NCBI RefSeq assembly: GCF_012927445.1
Contig: NZ_JABBPD010000004.1
Coordinates: forward strand, 529,039 to 593,038
Reading direction: 5' to 3'
Source: Rhodoferax sp.
Lineage (GTDB): Bacteria > Pseudomonadota > Gammaproteobacteria > Burkholderiales > Burkholderiaceae_C
DNA length: 64,000 bases
The position numbers and the translations under genes are program-made. Below the pieces are notes generated by a model. The model was given only the letters and a program-made list of their open reading frames with translations, was not told the origin of the DNA and did not search any database. Below are positions 1 through 10,291 of this stretch, piece by piece (the first letter of the stretch is position 1; each line of letters opens with the position of its first letter).

Positions 1-203
1 TCGGCACCGTGCTGGCGGAGATGACCGCGGGCGACTCGGGCATTGGCTACCTGATGCAATCGGCCGGCTCCGCGCAGCGCATGCCCCTGGCGTTTGCCGG
101 CCTGATCGTGATCGGCGCGATGGCCATGGCGATGTACGAGTTGTTCAGCTTTATCGAAAAAAACACAACGGCCTGGGCGCATCGCGGCACCCAGGGCGAA
201 TAG
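1..203 (+). CDS. ABC transporter permease, SsuC/TauC (NitT/TauT)-like, C-terminal part (5' end outside window)
   Basis: Open frame from the window edge, GTVLAEMTAGDSGIGYLM followed by a hydrophobic helix, resembles the C-terminus of NitT/TauT-family permeases. Confidence 0.7.
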   Translation, partial: GTVLAEMTAGDSGIGYLMQSAGSAQRMPLAFAGLIVIGAMAMAMYELFSFIEKNTTAWAHRGTQGE

Positions 204-224
204 CGGCCCGGCCCCGACCTTGAC

Positions 225-1055
225 ATGAGTTGGCACGCCTCCCTGAAACTCGACTACACCGTGCGGACCGAGCGCACCGTCGCCCATTTTCTCCATGACG
301 GCCCCTTGCGTGTCTTGCAAAGCCTGTACCCCGAGGGCGATGCGGTGTGCCACAACGTGCTGGTGCACCCACCCGGTGGCTTGGTGGGCGGCGACACACT
401 GGACATTCGCATCACCGCCGGCGAGGCGTCCCACGGACTGATCACCACCCCCGGCGCCACCCGTTTTTACCGCTCCAACGGCGAACGCGCCGTGCAACGC
501 ACCCACATCACCTTGACCGGGCAGGCCCGTCTGGAATGGTTGCCGCTGGAGGCGATTTGCTACAACCACGGCCTGGCCGAAAACCACCTCACCCTGGAGC
601 TGGCGCCGCAAGCGGAGTTCATGGGCTGGGACGTGACGGCGCTGGGGTTGCCGCATGCCAGCCAGCCCTTCGAGCAGGGGAGTTTTTTGCAACACATTGA
701 AGTGCCCGGCGTGTGGCTGGAGCGCGGGCGCATCAAGGCCGATGACCTCCGATTGATGAACGGCCCGCTGGGGCTGGCGGGGCACCGCTGCCTGGCCTCG
801 ATTTTTTTTGTCGCTGGCAGCAAGCTGGAAAGAGGACGGCGCCAACGCGCGCTGGACGCCGCCCGAACCGTGATCGACGCACACGCCCTGCGCGCCACCG
901 CAGGCGCCACCAGCCCGGATGGACAGGTCATTGTGGTGCGGGTGCTGGCACCGATGGTGGAGCCGGCCATGGACCTGCTGCGCCAGGTATGGGGCGCGTG
1001 GCGGCAGCACTTCTGGCAGCGGTCAGCAATCAATCCCCGTATCTGGTCAACCTAA
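225..1055 (+). CDS. ureD: Urease accessory protein UreD
   Basis: GPLRVLQSLYPEG, HPPGGLVGGD, TTPGATRFY, LEWLPLE and PRIW motifs of UreD/UreH. Confidence 0.93.
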   Translation: MSWHASLKLDYTVRTERTVAHFLHDGPLRVLQSLYPEGDAVCHNVLVHPPGGLVGGDTLDIRITAGEASHGLITTPGATRFYRSNGERAVQRTHITLTGQARLEWLPLEAICYNHGLAENHLTLELAPQAEFMGWDVTALGLPHASQPFEQGSFLQHIEVPGVWLERGRIKADDLRLMNGPLGLAGHRCLASIFFVAGSKLERGRRQRALDAARTVIDAHALRATAGATSPDGQVIVVRVLAPMVEPAMDLLRQVWGAWRQHFWQRSAINPRIWST

Positions 1056-1142
1056 TGATATTATTTTGAGATAACCAAAATACGAGGTGACCCCCATGTC
1101 CTATCCTGCATCCGGTGCTGCAATGCAGACGGCAGCCTAACA

Positions 1143-2804
1143 ATGGCGCTGCCTGAAGACGACTTGTCCGCTTCGAGTGCCTTGGTAATTGAGAGCAACC
1201 CCACCTCACGTTCGATTCTGGTAGCCCAGTTGCGCGACTTTGGCATGGGTACCGTGCTCCAGTGCGCACGGCTGGTAGATGCCCGCCGCCAGCTGGAGTA
1301 CCGGACCTTTGACGTGGTGCTGTGCGAACATCATTTTGCCAACGAAGTCATGTCCGGCCAGGACTTGCTGGACGATTTGCGCCGCAACCAACTGTTGCCG
1401 TTTTCGACCGTCTTCATCATGGTGACCGCCGAGGCCACCTATGCCAAAGTGGCCGAGGCCGCTGAATCGGCGCTGGATGGCTATTTGCTCAAACCGCACA
1501 AAGCCACCCATTTGGGAGAACGGCTGCGGCAAGCCCGCATCCGCAAAATTTCCCTGGCCGAAATATTTACCGCGATCGAAGCCGAAGACTTTGAACGCGC
1601 GGCCGAGCTTTGCCTGCACCGCTTTGAGTCCCGGGGCCTGTTTTGGCTGTATGCCGCTCGCGTCGGCGCCGAGTTGCTGCTGCGCACCGGCAAATGCGCG
1701 CAGGCCCAGATCTTGTACGAAGCCGTGGTGGCCGCTAAAACCCTGCCCTGGGCCAAACTGGGGGTTGCACGCTCTTTGCTGGATGAAGGCCAGATTTCCA
1801 AGGCCACCAGTACCCTGGAGAACCTGATCAACGAAGACCCCAGCTACGCCGACGCCTACGATGTGATGGGCCGCGCCCAGTTTGAACTCGGCAAGTTTGA
1901 CAAGGCCCTGGCCACCTACAAAATGGCCAGCGAGCTGACGCCCGCGTCCATCACCCGTTTGCAAAATCTGGGCATGATGACCTACTACTCGGGCGACCGT
2001 GCAGAAGCCGAAAAAATACTCGATCGCACCACCCGGCTCGGACTGGACTCCAAAATGTTCGACTGCCAGACGCTGGTGCTGCTGGCGTTTGCCCGTCTGG
2101 ATTGCGGCGACAGCAAAGGCCTGCAACGCTGTCGCGACGACTTTGTCCGCCTGATCGACAGAAACCCGGACAGCAAACGCCATCGTCGACTCGCCAACAT
2201 TGTGGATGCGCTGGCGGCCATTCAGCAGCACCAGTTTGCGCAGGCCGTGGACGCCGTGCGCGCCATGAGCAAAGTCGTGCAATCGCCCGACTTTGATTTC
2301 GAATCCGCCTCCAACCTGCTGGCCCTGATGGCACAACTGGCCAACAAAGCCATTCAGCTGGACGAAGTGGAGTCCGTGGTGGACACCCTGAGCATGCGTT
2401 TTTGCACCAGTCGGCCCTTAACCGAACTCCTCGCCGCTGCCGCTGCCGTCCATGAACCCTATGCCGCCCGCATACGGGACGCACAGGCCCAGATTCTGAA
2501 ACTCACCGAGCACGCCATGTTGCTCAGCATGGAAGGGGACCCCAAGGCGGCGGTCAAAAACCTGATTTTTCACGGCAGCTCCACCCTCAACGGCAAGCTG
2601 ATTGAAACCGCCCACCTGGTGCTGCATCGCTACGCTGAAAAAATTGAGGACGCACAAGGCCTGAACGAGATGGTGCAGGACTTGCGCACCCGCTTCGGCA
2701 CCCCCATCAGCCGACCGGCACTGGGTGAACAAAAACGTCAGGCCGGCGGGCTGACCCTGCGCACCGGCGGCGCGCCCGCCAAGGCCCCCAGCACATTGAC
2801 GTAA
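1143..2804 (+). CDS. Receiver-domain plus TPR-repeat protein (atypical response regulator)
   Basis: N-terminal REC-like fold (LVIESN, VVLCEHHF, MVTAE, LLKP) followed by TPR-like helices (YADAYDVMGRAQFELGKFDKALATY). Confidence 0.8.
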   Translation: MALPEDDLSASSALVIESNPTSRSILVAQLRDFGMGTVLQCARLVDARRQLEYRTFDVVLCEHHFANEVMSGQDLLDDLRRNQLLPFSTVFIMVTAEATYAKVAEAAESALDGYLLKPHKATHLGERLRQARIRKISLAEIFTAIEAEDFERAAELCLHRFESRGLFWLYAARVGAELLLRTGKCAQAQILYEAVVAAKTLPWAKLGVARSLLDEGQISKATSTLENLINEDPSYADAYDVMGRAQFELGKFDKALATYKMASELTPASITRLQNLGMMTYYSGDRAEAEKILDRTTRLGLDSKMFDCQTLVLLAFARLDCGDSKGLQRCRDDFVRLIDRNPDSKRHRRLANIVDALAAIQQHQFAQAVDAVRAMSKVVQSPDFDFESASNLLALMAQLANKAIQLDEVESVVDTLSMRFCTSRPLTELLAAAAAVHEPYAARIRDAQAQILKLTEHAMLLSMEGDPKAAVKNLIFHGSSTLNGKLIETAHLVLHRYAEKIEDAQGLNEMVQDLRTRFGTPISRPALGEQKRQAGGLTLRTGGAPAKAPSTLT

Positions 2805-2824
2805 CAACCGGGGGTGCGGCCCCG

Positions 2825-3010
2825 TCACATGGCGACCAGTTGCCGCACGCGGTCAATCGCCATGTTGCAGCCCTTGCCGCGGGCCAGCATGCGGATCATG
2901 CGCCCAATGCTCTTGATGATGACAGCGGCATAAGCGGGCAGCGCAGACAGGGTGGCGACGGCAACGGTGAGTACCTTGAGCGTCAAACGTCGTGAATTTG
3001 AACGTTGCAT
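2825..3010 (-). CDS. Small hypothetical protein (61 aa), possible signal peptide
   Basis: GGAG RBS before the ATG at 3010; basic N-terminus, hydrophobic stretch and AYA motif; no family recognised. Confidence 0.35.
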   Translation of the reverse strand: MQRSNSRRLTLKVLTVAVATLSALPAYAAVIIKSIGRMIRMLARGKGCNMAIDRVRQLVAM

Positions 3011-3293
3011 GTTGCTTCTCCGGTGGTGATAAGTTTCCATCTCGCTGCGCGGCGGCCTGTTTTTGAAACAGGCTTTTGCATGGCGATGGGGAGGGACTTT
3101 AGGGAGGAGCGGGAGATTGGGAAATACGCCTTGTGGCGTATGGGGCGAGCGAATCCATAAGGAACCTACTCAAATGTGAAACTCTACTCAACAGAACAAC
3201 ATGGGTTCGTGATTTTCCGCATTGCAGCGGAAGCGGTCATTTAGAAGCTCCGCCCATTTGGGGGATAAGCTTGACGTTTACGAACGATAAGTC

Positions 3294-3605
3294 ATGGGAA
3301 CAAAACTCGCACCCGCTGAAGAAGAGCTTTACCGCAGAACCGACGAAGTTTTGCACTATGTATGGGACCCAATAGGCGTCGCAGGGACACCTCTCGCACG
3401 AGACGAATACTTCGGCTATTTGCCTCAGGTCTTCCGTTTGATTCAGGCTAACGCTTCGGCTGAGCAGATAGCGGCGTACCTAGAAGAAGTCACAACGGTC
3501 GGCATGGGTTTACCAGCCAATTCTGGGCGGGCTTTGAAAGTCGCAAATATATTGCTGCACTGGAAGGAGACTGTCGCTTCCAAGTTCGACTTCCTTCAGC
3601 GTTGA
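3294..3605 (+). CDS. Small hypothetical protein, DUF1871/YugE-like
   Basis: WDPIG...DEY motif; 103 aa; AT-richer than its neighbours. Confidence 0.55.
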   Translation: MGTKLAPAEEELYRRTDEVLHYVWDPIGVAGTPLARDEYFGYLPQVFRLIQANASAEQIAAYLEEVTTVGMGLPANSGRALKVANILLHWKETVASKFDFLQR

Positions 3606-3739
3606 ATGACCGCCTCGGAGCAAGACAAAAGTCTGTTTTGGGTCTCAAACTGCCATCCACGGTCTCAAACTGACCCATCAAACTTATATATACCCGTTCC
3701 AATTCAAGGCGAAACGCATGCCTTAAGGCAATAACACTT

Positions 3740-4375
3740 TCACGGCGTGTGCTCTCCCCGCACCCAAGCGGCCATCTGCGCCACCTCGCTGCCTTGCGCC
3801 ATCAACCCAGCAACCACTCCTTGCTGATCTGCGGCTGGACGGTTTTGGCTGACCTTCCACTTGCCCACCCAGCGCTGCACCGGAATCTCGATGCCGACGA
3901 TGGCGATGAGCATGCTGTTCAGGTAATCAGCGGGCGCATCCGACACCTGCCAGGGTTGGGTTTGCCGGGCTTCGTGTGTCCGGGTCAGGCGGGTGACCAG
4001 ATCAAGCAGCCGGGCCGGGTCGTCAAACGCCTGCGGCACACCGTGGGCGTGAACGGTGGCGTAATTCCAGGTGGGCACGACCTTGCCATGCGCCTGTTTG
4101 CTCGGGTACCAGTTGGGTGACACATAGGCTTGTGGCCCGGTGAACACCGCCACCGATGACGCCGCCGTCAAAGCCTGCCACACCGGGTTGGCGCGGGCAA
4201 CGTGGCCAATCAGCGTGCCGTGCTCTCCGCGTTGGGCATCCAGCAGAAACGGGATGTGGTTTACCAGCAGCTCACCCTGGTGCGGCACCACCCAGGTGGC
4301 CAGCGGGTAGGCGCCGACCAGCGCGTGCAGCGTGGCGGGGTCGGTTTCTTCAAAATGGGCGGGGAGGTAGGTCAT
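3740..4375 (-). CDS. PaiB-family FMN-binding negative transcriptional regulator
   Basis: YLPAHF, NHIPF, GHVARANP, YVSPNWY, VPTWNY and GKWKVSQN motifs. Confidence 0.9.
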   Translation of the reverse strand: MTYLPAHFEETDPATLHALVGAYPLATWVVPHQGELLVNHIPFLLDAQRGEHGTLIGHVARANPVWQALTAASSVAVFTGPQAYVSPNWYPSKQAHGKVVPTWNYATVHAHGVPQAFDDPARLLDLVTRLTRTHEARQTQPWQVSDAPADYLNSMLIAIVGIEIPVQRWVGKWKVSQNRPAADQQGVVAGLMAQGSEVAQMAAWVRGEHTP

Positions 4376-4431
4376 GGGTATTGCGAGGGCCTGGTTTCGA
4401 GCTCAACGTGGCGGGTGGTCGGGAAGCCTAT

Positions 4432-4483
4432 TTGCTACAAAATAAATAGCTATCCACGCTTATTTCACGGGGGCTATAAGCCT
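4432..4483 (+). repeat. Dispersed ~50-bp palindromic repeat, copy 1 (intergenic)
   Basis: TTGCTACAAAATAAATAGCTATCCACGCTTATTTCACGGGGGCTATAAGCC matches five other copies in the window. Confidence 0.8.
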
Positions 4484-4645
4484 AAATAACATCCAAATGT
4501 AACGAACACTGCCAGCGCTTTTTCACGCTGACGCTCAGAGCTTATCCCCCAATTCGGCTAGGCGATGCGGGACTGGTCGCCGTGGCCCGTCAGCGTGAGC
4601 ATTTGGTACGCCCTCTAAAATAACCTAAAACAAATAGGGATATCT

Positions 4646-5311
4646 GTGAATTCAATCCGATTGCTTGCAGCGCTTCTCGCTGGATTGTGTGTGTATGCCG
4701 TTGCGGCGCCTGCCATCGCGCAGTCAACCCGGACTCGGGTGGCCGAGGTCGATCTGCCGGCACGGCTGAAGGAGGTGGAGCACGACGCCAAACTGTCTGA
4801 ATCCGCCTTCAAGACCGGCCGCAAAGTGGCGGCAGTCTGCGCCAACTGCCATGGCGAAGGGGGCAACAGCCTCAAGCCGGAGATCCCCAATCTGGCCGGC
4901 CAAAACCCGGCGTACCTGATCGAACAACTGCGCAAGTTCGCCGATGGACGGCGCCGCAATGAGTTCATGGAAGGCATGATCAAGGCGATGAACAGCGACG
5001 AAAAGATCGGGATGGTGCTGTTCTATGCCAATCAAAAAGTTGTCCGCAAGACCGTGTCAAACCCGGCGCTGGCGGCCAAGGGCAAGGAGCACTACAGCAA
5101 GACTTGCTGGCGTTGCCACGGCGAAGATGGGCGGGGCAACGAGAAATTTGCCCGCATCGCCGGGCAGCAGCCGGATTACCTTCGCGCCACCCTGCGGGGT
5201 TACCGGGCGGGGACCGGCCTGAGAATTGACCCGCTCATGGCGGCCACGACCCAACTGATGACGGACGCCGACATTGATGCCGTCGTCGCGTACGTCATGT
5301 CCATGGAATAA
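4646..5311 (+). CDS. Di-haem cytochrome c4/c553
   Basis: Signal peptide, two CXXCH motifs (CANCH, CWRCH), and PNLAGQ / ARIAGQ motifs. Confidence 0.9.
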   Translation: MNSIRLLAALLAGLCVYAVAAPAIAQSTRTRVAEVDLPARLKEVEHDAKLSESAFKTGRKVAAVCANCHGEGGNSLKPEIPNLAGQNPAYLIEQLRKFADGRRRNEFMEGMIKAMNSDEKIGMVLFYANQKVVRKTVSNPALAAKGKEHYSKTCWRCHGEDGRGNEKFARIAGQQPDYLRATLRGYRAGTGLRIDPLMAATTQLMTDADIDAVVAYVMSME

Positions 5312-5334
5312 AGCGGCCTGGCGGCGCTTCTCTG

Positions 5335-6819
5335 TCAGGCCGTTACAAAATCGATAAAACCGCGTTCCACATTGGTCGAGACCAGTTTGACGTGGACTTT
5401 GTCGCCGACCTTGAGTCCGTCCGCGCCGCTCACCAGCTTGCCATCGGCGGGCGGGGTAAAAATCCGGACCCAGATGCCGTCGGTGGTGCTGCCGGTCACG
5501 ATGGCGTCATAACGCTGGCCAACGTGCGACTCCAGCAACAGCGCCGCCTCGGACTTGCGCATGCGCCGCTCCACTTTCTGGGCAGAGTTTTCTTGCCGGG
5601 TGCAGTGCATGGCCAGCTCGCCCAGCTCGGCGTTCGAGTACGGCGGCGGCTTGTTCGCCAGCACCGCCTTGAGCAGGCGCGAGGTGATCAGGTCGGGGAA
5701 GCGCCGGTTGGGCGCGGTGGAGTGGGTGTAGTCGCGCACGGCCAGGCCAAAGTGACCAATCGGCGGGCCGCCGGGCGTTTCCACCACATACTCGCCCGAG
5801 CCCATGAGCCGCACGATGACGAGCGACAGATCGGGAAAGCGCAGCGGATCGGCCTGGTGGCGTTTGGCCAAAAAGGCTTCCAGCGCTTTGGAATCGGGCT
5901 CCGCCGGCAAGGTTTCGCCGTATTCCTGGGCCACGGCCACGATGCGCAACCAGCGCTCGGGTGAGCGCACCACGCGCCGCAGCGAGGCGCCGCCCTGCGC
6001 GGCCAGATAACGGGCGGTGCAGCCGTTGGTGGCGATCATCACTTCTTCGATCAGCTGGCGGGCGCGGTTTTGCACTTGCTGGCGAATGTCGATCACCTGC
6101 TCGCCTTCAAACACGGCGCGCGGCTGGAAGGTTTCAAACTCCAGTGAGCCTTCAGCATGTCGGCGCAGGCGCAGCTGCTGGGCCAGGGCGTCCTGGGTGC
6201 GCAGCTGGGCATCCATGCCGGGCACGGCCGCGGCGGCGGCCGGCAGCGCGGCCTCGCCGTCAATCCAGGCGCTCACCGCGTCGTAGGCCAGCTTGGCCTT
6301 GTTGCGCACTTTGGCCCGGTAGACGGTGGAGCGAATCAGCGTGGCGTCGGCGCTGAAGTCCATCTCGGTCACCAGCGCCAGCCGGTCCTGGTCAAAGTTG
6401 AGCGAGGTCAAGTCGGTAGACAGGCGCTCGGGCAACATCGGAAAGATGCGGGCCGAGGTGTAAACCGAGGTGGTGTTGGTGCGGGCGTGTTCGTCAATGG
6501 CGCTGCCTTTTTTGACCAGCGCGTCCACATCGGCGATAGCCACCCACATTTTGACGCCGCCTTGCGGCAAACCTTCGCTGGCGGTGAGCTGATCCAGATC
6601 CAGCGAGTCGTCGTTGTCGATAGAGCACCAAAGTAAATGGGTGAGATCGCGGATGGCAGCGTCGCTCTCGCGGCTGGGGCCGGTGATGGCAGCCAGTTGT
6701 TGCTCCACCCCGGCGGAGAACTCGGGTTGCAGGCCGCGCTCGAACATGGCGCTGGTCGCGATGCGGACAAGGTCTGAGCGGTGATGGTGATGATGGTTGT
6801 TGTGGTTATTGGCGTGCAT
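5335..6819 (-). CDS. RNB-domain (RNase II/R family) ribonuclease, short form
   Basis: SIDNDDSLDLDQ, VAIADV, HFGLAVRDYTHSTAPNRRFPDL and a C-terminal S1-like domain; start placed at MHANNHN (6834 also possible). Confidence 0.88.
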   Translation of the reverse strand: MHANNHNNHHHHHRSDLVRIATSAMFERGLQPEFSAGVEQQLAAITGPSRESDAAIRDLTHLLWCSIDNDDSLDLDQLTASEGLPQGGVKMWVAIADVDALVKKGSAIDEHARTNTTSVYTSARIFPMLPERLSTDLTSLNFDQDRLALVTEMDFSADATLIRSTVYRAKVRNKAKLAYDAVSAWIDGEAALPAAAAAVPGMDAQLRTQDALAQQLRLRRHAEGSLEFETFQPRAVFEGEQVIDIRQQVQNRARQLIEEVMIATNGCTARYLAAQGGASLRRVVRSPERWLRIVAVAQEYGETLPAEPDSKALEAFLAKRHQADPLRFPDLSLVIVRLMGSGEYVVETPGGPPIGHFGLAVRDYTHSTAPNRRFPDLITSRLLKAVLANKPPPYSNAELGELAMHCTRQENSAQKVERRMRKSEAALLLESHVGQRYDAIVTGSTTDGIWVRIFTPPADGKLVSGADGLKVGDKVHVKLVSTNVERGFIDFVTA

Positions 6820-7018
6820 GCGGGCAATATACATGCAGCGCCCGCAGCCCAGCCGTGGCGCTGACCGTGCCGGGGGGCGTCTTGGAGGGCCTGAGCCGCT
6901 TACATGCCGACACACTTCAACACAAGTCGACCGCGCACTCTGGATTATTCTGTAGGTTCTCCGTAATGTCAGCAACCCGTTTGATGAAGTGATGAACTTC
7001 AACTAGGAGTGAATTGAT

Positions 7019-7483
7019 ATGAATCCCCAAGATACGCCCGAGGGACAGGCCCCGGGAGAATTGACAGGACAGGTGTCGGAAATCACGATTGCCCAGTTGG
7101 TCGGCGAGGTCTATGAATCCGCGCCGCCGGTAGAGAAAAGTCGTCTGCTTGAGCATTTATTGCGGCCATTGGGGGTGCTTTCGATTGTGGCCGTGGCCAA
7201 TGGTATCTTCGCCAATATCCGGTTTCGAGGCGGCTGGCAGGACATGCACGTTCGCCCCGAAGAAGCCCAGAACGTGCAAGCCAGCGATGTCATCACCCTG
7301 GTCAACCATGTGCAGCAGGTCAGCTTTCACGCCGTCGATGGCTTGGCCAAAATGCTGGCGGCCTCGCCGGTGATGACGGGCTCGGCGGCCGCGGCGCTGC
7401 TGGTCACCGTGCTGATGCAGCGCGCCCGAAGCCGCCGCGCCAGCGACACAGCGGGCATCGATGATTCTTTGGTGCCGGACTGA
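7019..7483 (+). CDS. Hypothetical protein
   Basis: 154-aa ORF with GGAG RBS and typical codon usage; no family recognised. Confidence 0.6.
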   Translation: MNPQDTPEGQAPGELTGQVSEITIAQLVGEVYESAPPVEKSRLLEHLLRPLGVLSIVAVANGIFANIRFRGGWQDMHVRPEEAQNVQASDVITLVNHVQQVSFHAVDGLAKMLAASPVMTGSAAAALLVTVLMQRARSRRASDTAGIDDSLVPD

Positions 7484-7507
7484 CCGCCACACCGAAACGT
7501 CGTCAGA

Positions 7508-8596
7508 TCAGGTAAAGCACTGCATTAGATCGACCGTGGCGCGTCGCCCGACATTGCTGGCATGCTCGGTCAGCCAATTAGTGGCACGCTCGCGGCCCTG
7601 CTCGTTCAGCAGTTCGAGAAAAGGCGGGTGTGCCAGCAGCTTGGTTTCGGTGCGCTGCAGGCTCACCAACTCGCTGGAATCGATCATGTGGAACCGCATC
7701 TTCTGCAGCCGCCGTTCCAGCCGGCCCCAGGTCAGAAAGGTCGGGCTTGAAAACTCAATCGCCTGCGCAAACATCCGCATCTCACGCATGAAGTTGGCGC
7801 TGAACGCCAACTCTGCAATGCGCGCCTCGATTTCTTCCACGGTGTGCGGTGTGCCTTCGCGCTTGAGCGGGCTGAGCAGCACCAACAACACGTCGCGCGA
7901 GTCGCAGTCATAAAACAGCGGAAAGACGGCCGGGTTGGCCGCGTAGCCACCATCCCAATAGGGCTCGCCTTCGATCTCGACTGAATGATGAATTTTGGGC
8001 AGACAGGCGGAAGCCAGCAGCACGTCAACGGTGAGTTCGGTTTCGCGAAATATCCGCAGCTTGCCGGTGTTCGCCTGCGTGGTGCCGATGAACAGCTTGA
8101 AGGGGCACGCTGCGCGCAAGCGGTCGAAGTCGATCTGCCGATTGAGCAGGTCGCGCAGGGGGTTCAAGTCAAAGGGGTTGAGCTGCGAGGGCGAAAAGTT
8201 GCCGGCCCAGTTGGCGAGCAGCTTGCTGGCGGGCGACAGGCTGATGGCATCGCCCTCACCCCGGGTCATGCTCCCCCAAGGCATCTGTTGGCCCACTTCG
8301 GTCCAGAAATCGGTCAATCCCTGGCGAGCCCCGTCGCGGCCGCCCTTCAACCAGCCGTTGGCAAACACCACCGCGTTCATGGCGCCGGCGCTGCTGCCGC
8401 TCAAACCCTCAAACTCCAGCTCCGGGTTGGCCAGCAAGGCGTCCAACACGCCCCAAGTGAAGGCGCCATGGGCGCCGCCGCCTTGCAGCGCCAGGTTGAG
8501 CCGGCGCGGCGCCGGGCGGCTGAAGCGTTGGAGCAAACCAAGGCCCGGCCGGCTGGAGTTGGCTCGGCGGGTGGGGGATGCAGCGCGGTCGGTCAT
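7508..8596 (-). CDS. Patatin-like phospholipase
   Basis: LQGGGAHGAF, GSSAG nucleophile and WDGG motifs. Confidence 0.92.
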   Translation of the reverse strand: MTDRAASPTRRANSSRPGLGLLQRFSRPAPRRLNLALQGGGAHGAFTWGVLDALLANPELEFEGLSGSSAGAMNAVVFANGWLKGGRDGARQGLTDFWTEVGQQMPWGSMTRGEGDAISLSPASKLLANWAGNFSPSQLNPFDLNPLRDLLNRQIDFDRLRAACPFKLFIGTTQANTGKLRIFRETELTVDVLLASACLPKIHHSVEIEGEPYWDGGYAANPAVFPLFYDCDSRDVLLVLLSPLKREGTPHTVEEIEARIAELAFSANFMREMRMFAQAIEFSSPTFLTWGRLERRLQKMRFHMIDSSELVSLQRTETKLLAHPPFLELLNEQGRERATNWLTEHASNVGRRATVDLMQCFT

Positions 8597-8703
8597 AGAA
8601 ACTCCTTATCGGCGCACGCGGCGCCCTGCAAGCTGGGATCAGTATAGGGTTTCCCCTTGCACAGTATCCACGACTCGCGCGTCACAGCATGGCGCAAGAC
8701 GAA

Positions 8704-8754
8704 TTGCTATTAACTTAATAGCTTCTCGCGCATACTGGACGGGGGCTATAGACC
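8704..8754 (+). repeat. Dispersed palindromic repeat, copy 2 (intergenic)
   Basis: TTGCTATTAACTTAATAGCTTCTCGCGCATACTGGACGGGGGCTATAGACC with perfect GCTATTA/TAATAGC arms. Confidence 0.85.
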
Positions 8755-8851
8755 AATAATACGTACAACCTCTCTGAACTGCGGGGGCCATGGCCGGGCA
8801 CGATGGCCAGGATTTGGGCCAGGCCGTTGTTGGGCGCAGGCTGACCGAGCG

Positions 8852-9895
8852 TCAGCGCGAAGGCACTTCGGTACTCTGGTTCGGAATCCCATCGATGGGC
8901 GCTTCGTCCGTGCCGATCGTGGTTCGGGTAAATGACTCCACCTGCCTGCGTGCCGCCTCCGGATCAGCCAGCCAGTTGGCGTAAAAGTCGAACGGGCAGG
9001 CGGCCAGCCCTTTGTCCCCTTCGCCCGAATTGATCACCCCGGTATAACCGCGGTGCAGCAGTTTGAAGAGATGGTTTTCGGACTGGCCGTTGCGACGGAA
9101 GTCGCGAATCAGATTCTTGGACAGGGCCGCGTACTGAATACCCATCTCTTCCTCGCCGCACTCGCCCAGTGTTCGGCCGTCAAACCCGATCAGGGCCGAG
9201 TGTCCAAAATAGGAATAAACGCCATCAAAGCCAGCAGCGTTGGCGACCGCCACATAGGTGTTGTTGGCAAAGGCCATGGCCTTGGAAATCAGTATTTGCT
9301 GCTCCTTGGCCGGGTACATATAACCCTGGCAACGGACAATCAACTCAGCCCCGCGCATCGCACAATCACGCCAGATTTCCGGGTAATTGCCGTCGTCGCA
9401 AATGATCAGGCTGACCTTCATGCCCTTGGGTCCCTCACTGACATAGGTGCGGTCACCGGGGTACCAGCCCTCGATCGGTGTCCACGGCATGATCTTCCGG
9501 TATTTTTGGACAATCTCGCCCTGATCATTCATCAGAATCAGGGTGTTGTACGGCGCTTTGTTCGGATGCTCTTCATGCCGCTCGCCGGTCAGCGAGAACA
9601 CCCCCCACACTTTGGCATTGCGGCAGGCTTCGGCAAAAATATCGGTCTCGGCACCCGGCACCGTGGCCGCGTTCTCGTACATTTCGGCCGTGTCGTACAT
9701 GATGCCGTGCGTGCTGTACTCAGGGAAGATGACCAGGTCCAGCCCGGGCAAGCCCTTCTTCATGCCCTCGACCATGCGGGCAATATTGCGCGCGTTGTCC
9801 AGCACTTCCGCCTTGCTGTGCAGGCGGGGCATTTTGTAGTTGACTACCGCGACGCCGACCGTGTCTTTGCTGCTTGAAATATCACCGTGAATCAT
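8852..9895 (-). CDS. amiE: Aliphatic amidase (nitrilase superfamily)
   Basis: [26 protein letters not shown] closely resembles the AmiE N-terminus; FPEYS, YRKIMPW and VRCQGY catalytic motifs; GAGG RBS upstream of 9895. Confidence 0.95.
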   Translation of the reverse strand: MIHGDISSSKDTVGVAVVNYKMPRLHSKAEVLDNARNIARMVEGMKKGLPGLDLVIFPEYSTHGIMYDTAEMYENAATVPGAETDIFAEACRNAKVWGVFSLTGERHEEHPNKAPYNTLILMNDQGEIVQKYRKIMPWTPIEGWYPGDRTYVSEGPKGMKVSLIICDDGNYPEIWRDCAMRGAELIVRCQGYMYPAKEQQILISKAMAFANNTYVAVANAAGFDGVYSYFGHSALIGFDGRTLGECGEEEMGIQYAALSKNLIRDFRRNGQSENHLFKLLHRGYTGVINSGEGDKGLAACPFDFYANWLADPEAARRQVESFTRTTIGTDEAPIDGIPNQSTEVPSR

Positions 9896-9927
9896 ATTGA
9901 CCTCATTCGTTAGTAGGACCGCGTGGG

Positions 9928-10272
9928 TCAGTGGCTGATCATCCAGGGCCGCTTGCCCGGAAAGGCCTTGTTCCCATTCGGTGCTGTCACCGTCGCACCG
10001 CGCTTGCCGGAGGTTGAGCAACAACCGCAGCCGGCGGGGTGTTTCAGCCGCGCATAGTCGCTTGAGCGTTTCGGCTCGTGCCGGGCTCGCTCGTTGGTTT
10101 CCAGCGCGCGGCGCGTGCTGCCCTCCATCAGGGCCAGGCGCGGTGCCGTGACAAAAACACGCGCGGCGTCGGCGCCGCAATCGGGGCATGGAGCGGCCTC
10201 GTTGCGGGCCGCCAGCGGACGCAATGCGTCGAAGCCCCCGCAATCAGGACAGGCGTAGTCATAGGTGGGCAT
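9928..10272 (-). CDS. fmdB: FmdB-family zinc-ribbon regulatory protein
   Basis: [12 protein letters not shown]...CPDCG; lies directly downstream of the formamidase. Confidence 0.9.
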   Translation of the reverse strand: MPTYDYACPDCGGFDALRPLAARNEAAPCPDCGADAARVFVTAPRLALMEGSTRRALETNERARHEPKRSSDYARLKHPAGCGCCSTSGKRGATVTAPNGNKAFPGKRPWMISH

Positions 10273-10291
10273 GGGCAGACCTCGCTGTGTG

